The translations under genes and the position numbers were made by a program. Below, piece after piece: positions 8,877 through 18,173 of a DNA stretch of 64,000 nt (position 1 is the first letter of the stretch; each line of letters starts with the position of its first letter). Under the pieces are notes generated by a model. That model saw only the letters and a list, made by a program, of their open reading frames with translations. It ran no database searches and had not been told where the DNA came from. Source of the DNA: Rhodothermia bacterium (GTDB lineage: Bacteria; Bacteroidota; Rhodothermia; Rhodothermales; JAAAOL01); the NCBI GenBank assembly GCA_030428385.1, contig JAUIDY010000015.1:854-64853 (forward strand). The letters are read 5' to 3'.

Positions 8877-9094
8877 GCGTCTCTGACTACTGAGGCTGGA
8901 AACACAAGCGTGAATCGGCATTTTCTTGCGTTTGGCACGCATGGATGCACTTCTGGCACGAATAGAAGCATCCGGGCACCGCTCGCATACACGTCGGCAT
9001 ACCTCGCATAAGCGGGGTGGGGTATTGTGAAACCAGCTACGACAGGGCACCGGCTGTGCGCTGTCTTTCACAAAACCAACCTGTCGAGGAGACC

Positions 9095-9541
9095 ATGAAC
9101 CGCCCGTCTATCCGCACTACCCTCTCTGCCCTCGCCCTCGTGGCCTTGTTCCTGCTTTCCAGCACGCCTGCTTATGCACAAGGCGTTCGCTATACGCCCG
9201 TCTCGGAAAGCCTCGCCGACACGTTCGCGCTTGCGTTGGACACCGAGGCTACGCTACCGATCAACTACGGGATCCCGGAACTACGCAGGCGGATGCCGAC
9301 GATCTCCTATCCTGTCTTGGCCGAGCAATTTCAAGTCGAAGGCCAAGTGCTTGTCGAGTTTATCGTGAACGAGAAAGGCCGGGTAATCCGCTCTACGATC
9401 CGTAAGAAGCTGGGCTATGGCTGCGAACAGGAAGTGCTTCGTGTGCTTCGCCACACCCGCTTTGTACCGTCGCTTGATGCTTCGGGCCAGCCGCAGCAAG
9501 TCCGCTACCTCGCCGCCTTCGATTTTAAACTTGACAGCTGA
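9095..9541 (+). CDS. TonB C-terminal domain protein
   Basis: Signal peptide MNRPSIRTTLSALALVALFLLSSTPAYAQ. TonB_C-like segment YPVLAEQFQVEGQVLVEFIVNEKGRV..RFVPSLDASGQP. The ORF track extends to 9017, but the ATG at 9095 precedes the signal peptide. Confidence 0.75.
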   Translation: MNRPSIRTTLSALALVALFLLSSTPAYAQGVRYTPVSESLADTFALALDTEATLPINYGIPELRRRMPTISYPVLAEQFQVEGQVLVEFIVNEKGRVIRSTIRKKLGYGCEQEVLRVLRHTRFVPSLDASGQPQQVRYLAAFDFKLDS

Positions 9542-9645
9542 GAAAGCTCTATCCCGTCCACAAAGTGCAATAATCGGCCTTTTTTGCAAAAAATCGCACA
9601 AAAAGAAAGCCCTCTCCTTATGGGGAGAAGGCAGTGTCTCGTAGG

Positions 9646-9768
9646 GTGGCCCTTACGCTTCGGTTATCGAACCTATTTCTAGAAGATCTGCGCAAGCTTT
9701 TCGAGTTGGAGCCCGTCCTCCCTGTCGCCTTGACCTCTGATAACCACTTAGTGATTCGAAAAAGATAG
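9646..9768 (+). CDS. Conserved 40-codon small ORF (copy 1, GTG start)
   Basis: VALTLRLSNLFLEDLRKLFELEPVLPVALTSDNHLVIRKR. It is paralogous to 30501-30623 and has the same length. The differences between the two copies are mostly synonymous. Confidence 0.35.
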   Translation: MALTLRLSNLFLEDLRKLFELEPVLPVALTSDNHLVIRKR

Positions 9769-9771
9769 AAG

Positions 9772-10443
9772 CTACTCCCTTTGCGAGGTGGCAACTGATT
9801 GCACCAAATGCAACCCCACCAGCCGTGCCACCAGTATGGCGACGTAAAATACGCCTGTGATCGCTTCGAGCATGGCAAATGAGCGAACATGCGCACTCAG
9901 CGGAGTCAGGTCACCATATCCAAGCGTGGTGAGCGTGACAAAGCTGTAGTAAAGAAAATCGTCCCATGCCAGGTCGTCCGAGGCTGTATGTTGAAAGGAA
10001 CCGGGCTGAATCCATTCAAGCAAGCTGTACAAAAGGGCCCAGGCAATTCCAATAAGCAGATACGAAGCTACAGCCCCATACAGCAGGTCGGCATCTACCT
10101 GACGCCGGTGCATGACATGCTGCAAGATGGTGCCCGCGGTGTATCCCAGAAATAAAATCCCAAACCCTAGTCCGGCCAATACGACCACTTCCTCACTGTA
10201 TCCCAGCACCACAAACCACAGGGAAAGGATATAGGGAACGCCAAGCGCTACAGCCACCCACCAGCGCTGACGCCCATATCCAACTGCATAAAGGGCCGTA
10301 AGCAAGACAGTGGTAAGCAAGACATTCAGCGCAAGAACGCCTTTAAAGAAGGGGTAGACCAAAATCAAGGCGACCAGGGCCATCAAGAGAAGCTGAAGCC
10401 GCCCACGAAAGTGTCGTACAGACCGTCGGACACGTCCAAACAT
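9772..10443 (-). CDS. Potassium channel family protein (pore-loop TxGYGD)
   Basis: The selectivity-filter signature TLTTLGYGDLTP lies between hydrophobic helices. The gene starts 12 nt after the stop of the RND pump. Confidence 0.8.
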   Translation of the reverse strand: MFGRVRRSVRHFRGRLQLLLMALVALILVYPFFKGVLALNVLLTTVLLTALYAVGYGRQRWWVAVALGVPYILSLWFVVLGYSEEVVVLAGLGFGILFLGYTAGTILQHVMHRRQVDADLLYGAVASYLLIGIAWALLYSLLEWIQPGSFQHTASDDLAWDDFLYYSFVTLTTLGYGDLTPLSAHVRSFAMLEAITGVFYVAILVARLVGLHLVQSVATSQRE

Positions 10444-10455
10444 AAGCGCCGGAAT

Positions 10456-13400
10456 TTATAGGGGAGCGGATTCGCTTGTCGGTGTGATTGCTGTTGCTGT
10501 TTCCACCACCACGGGATCACCTTCATACCGATAGCCTCGGAAGGATACCCGGAAGAACAGTGCATAGAGCGTGGGCACGAACCCCAACGTCAGGGCCGTG
10601 GCGAAGAGCAACCCAAACAGGATAGCAACGGCCATCGACTCGAAGAGTGGCCCGCCACTTACCCAGAGCGGGATCAAGCCAAGCGAAGTGGTCAGCGTCG
10701 TCAGAAGAATGGGCCGAAGGCGACGTTGCGCGGCCTCCATCACTGCCCGCTGGGGCGCAAAGCCGTTTTCGTCGATCTCGATCTGAATACGGTCGATGAG
10801 GACGATGGCGTTGTTAATCACAATGCCCGCCAACGAAATGACGCCTAGCAGCGTCATAAAACCGAACGCATTACCCGTAACCAGCAGCCCGATGGCCACA
10901 CCGATGAGTCCGAGCGGGATGGTAAGCAGGATGATAGCGGGTTTTCGCAGCGAGTTGAACTGCCCCACCAGCAACAGCAGAATCAGCAATCCCGCCAGGG
11001 GCAACTGCGCGCTGATGGACTGCTGCGACTTGACAGAAGTCTCGATTTCTCCGCCTACATCGTAGCGATATCCCAACGGCCAATCGGCGGCCTCTGCCTC
11101 TAGCCACGGCAAGACATCCGAAACCACATCCGCTGCCGTTGCGCCATCAGCCAAGGTGGCTTGCACGGTAACGGTGCGCTTGCGGTTGTACCGTTTGATC
11201 TTGGATGGCTGGAAGGCCAGCACCACATCGGCGACCTGCGTGAGGGGCACGTTCTGGCCCGTAAGCTGGGCATAGACGTTCATCGTCTCCAGCTTGCTCA
11301 GGTCTTGCCGATCCGCTGCCACGGAGCGAAGCACGACCGGAATCACCTGATCGTCCTCGCGGTACTGCGTCGTTTCGAAGCCAGACAGCGCCGTTTGCAG
11401 CGACACGGCGATGTCCTGACTGGTCACGCCTGCCCGCCGGGCGCGGGTTTCGTCTACCTCCACCGCCAGCTTTTTGGTGCGCGCGCCCCAGTCGTCGGTA
11501 ATGGTGGCGGTGCCTGCGTGGTTGGCGAGTTGCGCCTTCACCCCATCTGCCAGTTCAAAAATAACATCGGGGTCGTCGCCCGAAAGCCGAAACTCGACGG
11601 GATAGTTGACGGGTGCGCCGTTCTGTAGCTGCTGAATACGCGGCGTGACATCAGGGTAGTAGGCTGCGATAAATTCCTGCATCCGCGCAATGACCTCGGC
11701 CTGCACCTCAAACGAAGTGGTGTTGACGAGCATAAACGCGTAGTTGCGGCGGGGGGGCTCGGGGTTGTAAGTCAGGTTAAACTTGGGGGCTCCGCTGCCC
11801 AGAAACGTGGACCAGTTCGCAATACCGGGTTCGTCGTTCGAACGCACCGCCAGCGTCTCGTCCATAAAACGCTCCAGGTCTTCCACAAAAGCCTCGGTCC
11901 GCGCAAAAGGAACGCCCGAAGGCAGGTTAAACTCGGCGGTAAACATCACCTCGGTCTTGGGAGGAAAAAAGACGTTGGGGATAAAACGAAACGCCCACAG
12001 CGCCACCACCAAGCACAGGACGGCACCCGCCACGGTTAGCAACGGACGACGCAACAAGGTGAGCAAAATACCCCGGTACCGCCGATAAAACGGACGCTGA
12101 AACCCATCCTCTTTCTTTTTCTGGGGCTTGAGTCGGAGAAAAAGCACACAGAGCAGCGGCGTCATCGTTAGGGCCAGCACCCACGACGATAGCAAGGTGA
12201 TGGTGACAACGAGAAAGAGCGGGGCCGTGTATTCGCCCGTCGCCGACTCCGCAAGGTAGATTGGCAAAAACGCAGCGGCGGTGGTCAGCGACGAGGTGAG
12301 CAGCGGAATCCGTAGTTCTTTGGCTGAGTCGATGGCGGCCTCCACGGCAGCTTTGCCCGCTTCCATCTGCACCATGATGTTCTCGGACATTACGATGGCG
12401 TTGTCTACCAGCATGCCCAGCGCAATGATGAGCGCGGCCAACGATACCTGATCCAGCCCGATACTGAAGGTGGACATAAGCAGCAACGCCATAATAATCG
12501 CCATCGGGATGAGCGCAGCAACCACCAACCCTGTCCGAAAGCCCAGAAAAATCAGCATCACCGCGATGACCAGCACGATGGCCTGCAACAAGCTGATCAC
12601 AAAGCCATCCACGGCTTTTGCCACCGACGCGGCCTGAAAGGCCACAAAATCAAACTCGATGCCGATGGGATACTGCGCCTGCAAACGGTCGATGGTGGTG
12701 CGGATCTCGTCGCCAAGGTCGATGATGTTGCCTCCTTCGCGCATCGACACCGCCAGCGCCAGCGCGGGAATACCGTTGGCAGTGACCTTACGCGTTGGGG
12801 GATCGACGTAACCGCGCTCCACACTCACGATGTCTTCCAGATACACCGCCTCGCCACCGGGCAGCGACACCACCGTCCGCCGCAGTTCATCCACTGACTC
12901 AAAATTACCCGACGGCTCCAGTTGTAATTCTTCGGATCCGGTCGAGATGCTGCCGCCGGGGATAATGATGTTTTTGGCCTCCAGGATGTTCATCAATTGT
13001 ACCGTGGAAAGCCCCAGTTCGGCCAGCCGCGCATTGCTGTATTCGATAAATACCCGCTCGTCCTGCACGCCCATGATGTCTACCTTGGCGGCATCGCGGA
13101 TCTGGAGCAATGCCTCGCGCACCTGATCGGCCACCTCTTTGAGTTCAGCATACGTAAAGCCGTCGCCGGTGAGGGTGATCACGGTGCCAAACACATCGCC
13201 AAACTCATCATTCACGTTGGGGCCAATGATGCCGCCGGGTAGGCTGGACGCTGCCTTGTCCACCTTGCGCCGCAGCGCATCGAACAGCGGGCGCATGTCG
13301 GTCTCGCTTTCGAGAAAGTTGACCGTGATGACTGACATCCCGGTGCGCGACTCGCTCTTGACGTTGTCTACTTCGGGAATCTCTTGAATGGCCTGTTCGA

Positions 13401-13599
13401 GCTTGTCGGTGACCAGCAGTTCCACACGATCCGGGCTGGCACCGGGGAAGATGGTGGTGACCAGCGCCGTGCGGACAATGAAACCGGGGTCTTCAGCGCG
13501 GGGCAGGCTGGTATAGGCCGAGAGGCCCGCCAGAAAGATGAGCGCCAGTGCCGTGAAGGTGACGACCTTTTTTTCGAGGGCAAAGCGGGTAATGTCCAT
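10456..13599 (-). CDS. Efflux RND transporter permease (AcrB/CzcA-like)
   Basis: About 1050 aa with 12-TM architecture and two large loops. The N-terminus MDITRFALEKKVVTF is typical of this family. The ORF track start at 13647 adds 16 unlikely residues. Confidence 0.9.
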   Translation of the reverse strand: MDITRFALEKKVVTFTALALIFLAGLSAYTSLPRAEDPGFIVRTALVTTIFPGASPDRVELLVTDKLEQAIQEIPEVDNVKSESRTGMSVITVNFLESETDMRPLFDALRRKVDKAASSLPGGIIGPNVNDEFGDVFGTVITLTGDGFTYAELKEVADQVREALLQIRDAAKVDIMGVQDERVFIEYSNARLAELGLSTVQLMNILEAKNIIIPGGSISTGSEELQLEPSGNFESVDELRRTVVSLPGGEAVYLEDIVSVERGYVDPPTRKVTANGIPALALAVSMREGGNIIDLGDEIRTTIDRLQAQYPIGIEFDFVAFQAASVAKAVDGFVISLLQAIVLVIAVMLIFLGFRTGLVVAALIPMAIIMALLLMSTFSIGLDQVSLAALIIALGMLVDNAIVMSENIMVQMEAGKAAVEAAIDSAKELRIPLLTSSLTTAAAFLPIYLAESATGEYTAPLFLVVTITLLSSWVLALTMTPLLCVLFLRLKPQKKKEDGFQRPFYRRYRGILLTLLRRPLLTVAGAVLCLVVALWAFRFIPNVFFPPKTEVMFTAEFNLPSGVPFARTEAFVEDLERFMDETLAVRSNDEPGIANWSTFLGSGAPKFNLTYNPEPPRRNYAFMLVNTTSFEVQAEVIARMQEFIAAYYPDVTPRIQQLQNGAPVNYPVEFRLSGDDPDVIFELADGVKAQLANHAGTATITDDWGARTKKLAVEVDETRARRAGVTSQDIAVSLQTALSGFETTQYREDDQVIPVVLRSVAADRQDLSKLETMNVYAQLTGQNVPLTQVADVVLAFQPSKIKRYNRKRTVTVQATLADGATAADVVSDVLPWLEAEAADWPLGYRYDVGGEIETSVKSQQSISAQLPLAGLLILLLLVGQFNSLRKPAIILLTIPLGLIGVAIGLLVTGNAFGFMTLLGVISLAGIVINNAIVLIDRIQIEIDENGFAPQRAVMEAAQRRLRPILLTTLTTSLGLIPLWVSGGPLFESMAVAILFGLLFATALTLGFVPTLYALFFRVSFRGYRYEGDPVVVETATAITPTSESAPL

Positions 13600-13655
13600 G
13601 ATATCTATCCTGCAAATAGCGTAGTCCTGAGGACCACTTTTTTTCAAGAGAATCC

Positions 13656-14756
13656 TTAGCGAGCCAGCAGCCGAACCTGCTGGCCATCCGTCAGCGTGTT
13701 CAGTCCAGCGGTGACGACGATTTCGCCATCGGTGAGACCTGCGATCACTTCCAGCCCATCAGCCGAGAGCGCTCCCACGTCGACTGGCCGACGGCGGGCA
13801 ATACCGATTTCATCGGCGCTCGGCTCGACGACGAACACAAACCGTCCCTGCCTGTCCTCGCCGACGGCAACAACAGGCACAAGCAGGCGCTCGGCCTGCG
13901 ACGATGCACCGAGTTCGAAGGTGACTTCACCCGCCATTCCGGGTCGGATGGTTTCATTGGCGGCTTCGAGGCGCACGGTGACGGGGTAGGTAGTCGCCCG
14001 TGTCGCCGTGACACTTACTTCTCGCACTGTAGCATTAAAGGAGCGTCCCGGCAGGGCATCGAACGTTACGGTGGTTGTCGTTCCTTCCTGAATTTGTGCG
14101 ATGAAACGATCTGGGACGGCGACTTCCATTTCCGGCTGATCACCGGAGGCCACCACCACGACGGGTTGCCCCGCACGTACGTTTTCGTTGACTTCTACTG
14201 ATACCTGTGCCACGCTTCCTTCTGTTGGTGCGGTGAGGCGGGTATAGCGCACCTGCTGTTGTGCCAGTGCCAACTGGCTGGTGGCGGCACGTACGGCGGC
14301 AGCGGCAGATTCGCTGGCAGCACGGAGCGCATCCAAATCGCTACGCGAGGCCGTGCCGTTTTCGTAGAGCCCCAACACCCGTTCGTAATCGGCGGCGGCG
14401 CGGCGTTCCTGCGATTCGGCCTGGGCCAGCGAAGCCTGCGCCTGATCGACGCGCAACTGATAGTCGCTGGCATCTATCGTGGCGAGAAGCTGTCCGGCTT
14501 CCACCCGGTCGCCCACTTTCACAGCGACCTGCTGAACCGAGCCCGCGACTTTAAAACTAAGCGCCGTCTCGGCACCGGCACGGGCGGTTCCAGCGAAGGT
14601 GCGGGCCTGGCTTCCGCCTGTCAGGAATACCTGCTCATAACGAACGGGGCGAATCATAGGTACCACTTCCTCATCGGCGCTGCCGCAACCGGAAAGCAAC
14701 ACCCCACCACTGAGCAGCAAAACAACAAGCAAGAAGGATTTAGATATCGTAGTCAT
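13656..14756 (-). CDS. Efflux RND periplasmic adaptor (MFP/HlyD family)
   Basis: Lipoprotein signal LLLSGGVLLSGCGS. It has a coiled-coil hairpin rich in A/Q/R and a barrel-sandwich motif VKVGDRVEAGQLLATID. It sits directly upstream of the pump. Confidence 0.85.
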   Translation of the reverse strand: MTTISKSFLLVVLLLSGGVLLSGCGSADEEVVPMIRPVRYEQVFLTGGSQARTFAGTARAGAETALSFKVAGSVQQVAVKVGDRVEAGQLLATIDASDYQLRVDQAQASLAQAESQERRAAADYERVLGLYENGTASRSDLDALRAASESAAAAVRAATSQLALAQQQVRYTRLTAPTEGSVAQVSVEVNENVRAGQPVVVVASGDQPEMEVAVPDRFIAQIQEGTTTTVTFDALPGRSFNATVREVSVTATRATTYPVTVRLEAANETIRPGMAGEVTFELGASSQAERLLVPVVAVGEDRQGRFVFVVEPSADEIGIARRRPVDVGALSADGLEVIAGLTDGEIVVTAGLNTLTDGQQVRLLAR

Positions 14757-14790
14757 GGTAACCGGTGGTAAAAGGCTAGAAAGGCGGCGA

Positions 14791-17175
14791 TTAGTTTTGT
14801 GCCATATAGGCTTCGGCGCGGGCGCTGAAAGCAGCCTGCTCGGCGTCTGTGCGGAAAAAGCCGAACTGCCCGGTGGCGCGCTCTACCCGCATCAGCGCAC
14901 GCAGAAAGTCGAAGACCGCATTCGCAGCGGCTTCTTCGGCCAAGGTCGCGTGGGATTGTGCCTCTAGTACCTCCACGGCGTCTGCCACGCCCTGCGCATA
15001 CGCATCCACCACGAGGTCTAGCGTTTGCCGGGCGGCTTCAGCGGCGGTCTCGGCTTCGTTGATGCCTGCAAAGGCAGCGCTGGCGAAGTGCATGGAGGTG
15101 CGGATGTTTTGCTCGATGCGTTGCCGTGCCAGTTCGCGTTCAAACTGTAGCCCGGCTAACTCCTCCTGTGCCTGTATGCGCTCGGCATCGCGTTTGCCCC
15201 CTGTGGAAAGGGGTAGCGACACATTGACCCCAACGTTCCAGTCTAGCTCATTGGTTTGCGGAAACAGGTTGGCGGGCAACGTGGAGGGCAGTGTTGGACC
15301 GCTCGTCCCTTCGCCGCCTTCCGCCAGGATGCTGCTTGCCTGCCCTTGCAGCGCCACGGTCGGTGACCAAATCGCCCGCTCCCGCGAGGTGACGAGACGT
15401 TCACGGGCGGCTAAGGCTGCATCTATGGCGGCCAGTTCGGGAGCCTGGTTTATGCCTTCTGTCACCAGAAACGAACCCAGCCGCTCAGCAGAGGGAATGG
15501 TGGTGACATAACCCTCAAAGAGGTGCCCCAAGGAAAGCTGGGTGGCGTCTGCCAAGGTTGTTTCTACGGTTTGAAAAGGCTCATCCAGCGGACGATTGAG
15601 CGTCTGGTTCAGCGCCACCGCTGCCACGCGGCGCTGGGCAAAGGCATCGATACGGCTTTTGCGGTTCCGGGCCAGTTCGCTCCCCCACCGCAGCAGTTCC
15701 CCGGCGCGTGCCTGCCCGAGTTCACGACGCACGCGGGCCAATTCTAGATTCGTCCGGGTCAGGTGCAGGTTGTTCGCCTGAATCTGTTCGAAGGTTTGGG
15801 CGCGCAAGACGTTGAGGTAGACATCCGCTGCTTGCAACGCGAGGTCGAGGCGGTCCGAGGCGTATTCCTGTTCCCGCGCTGTTTGCAGGTGCTGTTGGAT
15901 TTCTACGTTGGCGCGGGCAGGCTCGGCATACAGCACCTGACGCAAGGTCACGGCGCTGTTGAGGCTGTATTGCGCCTGCGTTCCCAGGCTGGCCTCGGCC
16001 CGGTCGGCGTCGATCAAAAGGCCGGTGCTACTGATTTCAATCTGGGGCCGCAGCGTTGAGCGGGCAATCCGTTCATTCGCTGCCCCGGCCTGAATGTCAC
16101 GCGCACGGGCGTCCAACAGCAAATTGGAAGCAACGCCTTCCAGTACAGCTTCTGAAAGCGTGAGCGCACGTCCTTGTGTCTCTGGCGTAGCGCCAATCAA
16201 CTCGGCCTCCAGCAGTGTCCCAACCGAAGGCGCAAACCCGATGGCCTGGGCCGTTTCCATGTTCAGCACCAGCCGTTCTCCCGCCGCAAACGTCACCGGC
16301 AACGATTCGGGGGCATCGCCGAGTAGGATACGGTGCAGGTTAAGCGCCACCCTCCGTGCTAGCCGGGGCGTGATGTCGGGGTTGAGGGCGGCAAGAACGC
16401 CTTGTTCCACGTCCGGCGCGCCCCGGTAGGAAAAGCTGGGGATTTGTTGTGCCGTCAGCCCGTCAATCAACTGTCGGTATGCGTCCGGCGAAAGTTGAGG
16501 AAGGGGAAGTGCATAGACGGCTTCGGCATTTTGCAAGGCCGCCAGCGTCTCGTCTACAGAAGACCCTACCAGGACGGGATGGATGGTGACATCCATCGCT
16601 GCTCCCAGCGAGTCTAGATGGGTGGTTACGTTGGGAACCAAGGCAGCGAACGGCGCAGGAACCAGCAAGGAAACAGCCTCGAAACCCACCATCTCATTAA
16701 AGGCGGCCATATCACGAGCCAGCGTGTTGGGCAGGGTGAGGTAGTTCAGGTTAGTCTTGCCGCTGGTACCTTGTGCAAAAGGAACGCCTTGTATTTCAGG
16801 ATGAATGATGGACGGAGCCAGCACGGGTTTGGAGAGATCAGGCTGGGTGGCTGCTACGTGCGAAGCCAAAACTCCCAAGGCCAACACCACGTCCACCGAA
16901 TCGTTTGCCAGCAAGGCATTTATGTCGCTTTGAGCGCGGGTTAGAGATCCGTCACCGAAACGTTGAACAGAGGCAGGCCATTCCACGCTGAAGTCGCGGC
17001 GGGTGAGTTCGTCGACTTCTGTTTGGATGCGATCCAGTAGCTCGGTGTGGAGCGTCGCCGGGCTATCCATCACCACACCCACGCGAATGGTGTCCGGTGT
17101 GTTTTGTGCTTCGGCCCGGTGAGCAACAAGCAACAGGAAAAGACCGAGGAGGGAATATGTCAGTCGGGTCATCAT
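14791..17175 (-). CDS. TolC-family outer membrane efflux protein fused to an N-terminal periplasmic-binding-protein-like domain
   Basis: The C-terminal ~450 aa has two OEP-type repeats. The N-terminal ~320 aa (IRVGVVMDSP..VDVVLALGVLASH..) resembles ABC_sub_bind/PBP folds by eye. The signal peptide ends in AHRAEAQ. Confidence 0.8.
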   Translation of the reverse strand: MMTRLTYSLLGLFLLLVAHRAEAQNTPDTIRVGVVMDSPATLHTELLDRIQTEVDELTRRDFSVEWPASVQRFGDGSLTRAQSDINALLANDSVDVVLALGVLASHVAATQPDLSKPVLAPSIIHPEIQGVPFAQGTSGKTNLNYLTLPNTLARDMAAFNEMVGFEAVSLLVPAPFAALVPNVTTHLDSLGAAMDVTIHPVLVGSSVDETLAALQNAEAVYALPLPQLSPDAYRQLIDGLTAQQIPSFSYRGAPDVEQGVLAALNPDITPRLARRVALNLHRILLGDAPESLPVTFAAGERLVLNMETAQAIGFAPSVGTLLEAELIGATPETQGRALTLSEAVLEGVASNLLLDARARDIQAGAANERIARSTLRPQIEISSTGLLIDADRAEASLGTQAQYSLNSAVTLRQVLYAEPARANVEIQQHLQTAREQEYASDRLDLALQAADVYLNVLRAQTFEQIQANNLHLTRTNLELARVRRELGQARAGELLRWGSELARNRKSRIDAFAQRRVAAVALNQTLNRPLDEPFQTVETTLADATQLSLGHLFEGYVTTIPSAERLGSFLVTEGINQAPELAAIDAALAARERLVTSRERAIWSPTVALQGQASSILAEGGEGTSGPTLPSTLPANLFPQTNELDWNVGVNVSLPLSTGGKRDAERIQAQEELAGLQFERELARQRIEQNIRTSMHFASAAFAGINEAETAAEAARQTLDLVVDAYAQGVADAVEVLEAQSHATLAEEAAANAVFDFLRALMRVERATGQFGFFRTDAEQAAFSARAEAYMAQN

Positions 17176-17211
17176 GGAATCGTCAGCATCAAAAGCGTGG
17201 AGGTGGCGTTG

Positions 17212-18123
17212 CTAGCGGGCGCTGGGACGCATCGCCAACCCGAGACGCATGTAGCCACTTGGATCTTGATCCAGCGTTGCATTAATGGCCTCACCATCAA
17301 AAGCCAACTTGCGACTCACCGTTATCCCCGCTTCCAAGGCGATGAACAGCGGACCACGCACACGTTGTTTAAAGGTGGGACCAACGGTGATCACGGAATA
17401 CTTGGCGGGCAGATCGACCTCTCCGGCTTCATTGCGAAAACGAATGTCGTCGCCGCTGAGGTTGAGGTTGTACTGCGTGCCCGACACCGCCGCCGTGATG
17501 CCGAGTTCGCTGCGGGAAGACAGGTCATAGGCCAGATACGCATGCAGCGGCAGCAAGCCATCGAACCACAGCTGTCCCTGACTATGCCACCGCAGCTTGG
17601 CGATGGGAAGAACGGTGGGAGTGCCAAAATCGCTGGTGTAAGCCACGCCGAAGCCATACAGCAGGTCGTTGCTGGCGTGGCGGTGGAGCATCAGGTTGGC
17701 TTGCATCCGCCAGTCGTCGGTCCCGATCTCCTCGAAGTCGGAAGCAATACCCGGCGCAGCACCCACCACTAGCGCCCACTGGTCGGAGAGGCGCTGCCGT
17801 ACCCGCACCTCAAGACGCGCATAGTGCATATGATCGGGCGTCACGACGATAAATCCATCGCTGTCGAGCAGGTCTATCCGCAGGTTTTCGTAGCACGCAC
17901 CGATGGTGAGTTGGGTTGCGCCGAAGTCAATCGGCACGCCATAGCCCGCGCCAAATTTGGAAAGCGAAACCTGCATATCGCCGGGGATGGTGCCCGAAGG
18001 CGTATCAGCGAGTCCGGCTCCGCCGAGGTATTCGCCAGACAGCAACATGTAATCCTGGGCCTGGGCACGGGGGATGGTTAGCAACAGCAGCAAGAAGAGG
18101 AAAAAGAGAGGGCGTAAATTCAT
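17212..18123 (-). CDS. Putative outer-membrane beta-barrel protein
   Basis: Signal peptide FFLFLLLLLTIPRAQAQ followed by an alternating beta-strand pattern. I could not name a family. Confidence 0.6.
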   Translation of the reverse strand: MNLRPLFFLFLLLLLTIPRAQAQDYMLLSGEYLGGAGLADTPSGTIPGDMQVSLSKFGAGYGVPIDFGATQLTIGACYENLRIDLLDSDGFIVVTPDHMHYARLEVRVRQRLSDQWALVVGAAPGIASDFEEIGTDDWRMQANLMLHRHASNDLLYGFGVAYTSDFGTPTVLPIAKLRWHSQGQLWFDGLLPLHAYLAYDLSSRSELGITAAVSGTQYNLNLSGDDIRFRNEAGEVDLPAKYSVITVGPTFKQRVRGPLFIALEAGITVSRKLAFDGEAINATLDQDPSGYMRLGLAMRPSAR

Positions 18124-18173
18124 GGCTAGTCTCCAGAAAAAGGGATGAGCGGTGACGTGAGGATGGGGCGAGA

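Noticed and set aside
8933-8971. TGGCAC...GCA elements considered as sigma-54 (-24/-12) promoters.
   Set aside because: In both copies the GG-to-GC spacing is one nucleotide longer than the strict canonical spacing (TGGCACG-N4-TTGC), and the -12 element is GATGCA/GAAGCA. They are reported instead as 21-bp-phased direct repeats.
9618-9896. 92-aa minus-strand ORF covering the small-ORF repeat, considered as an alternative reading of the conserved segment.
   Set aside because: Period-3 differences are also partly synonymous in this frame (8 of 15 changed codons). However, it scores worse than the plus frame (9 of 13, with all 8 synonymous in the core), and it would overlap the K+ channel gene out of frame.
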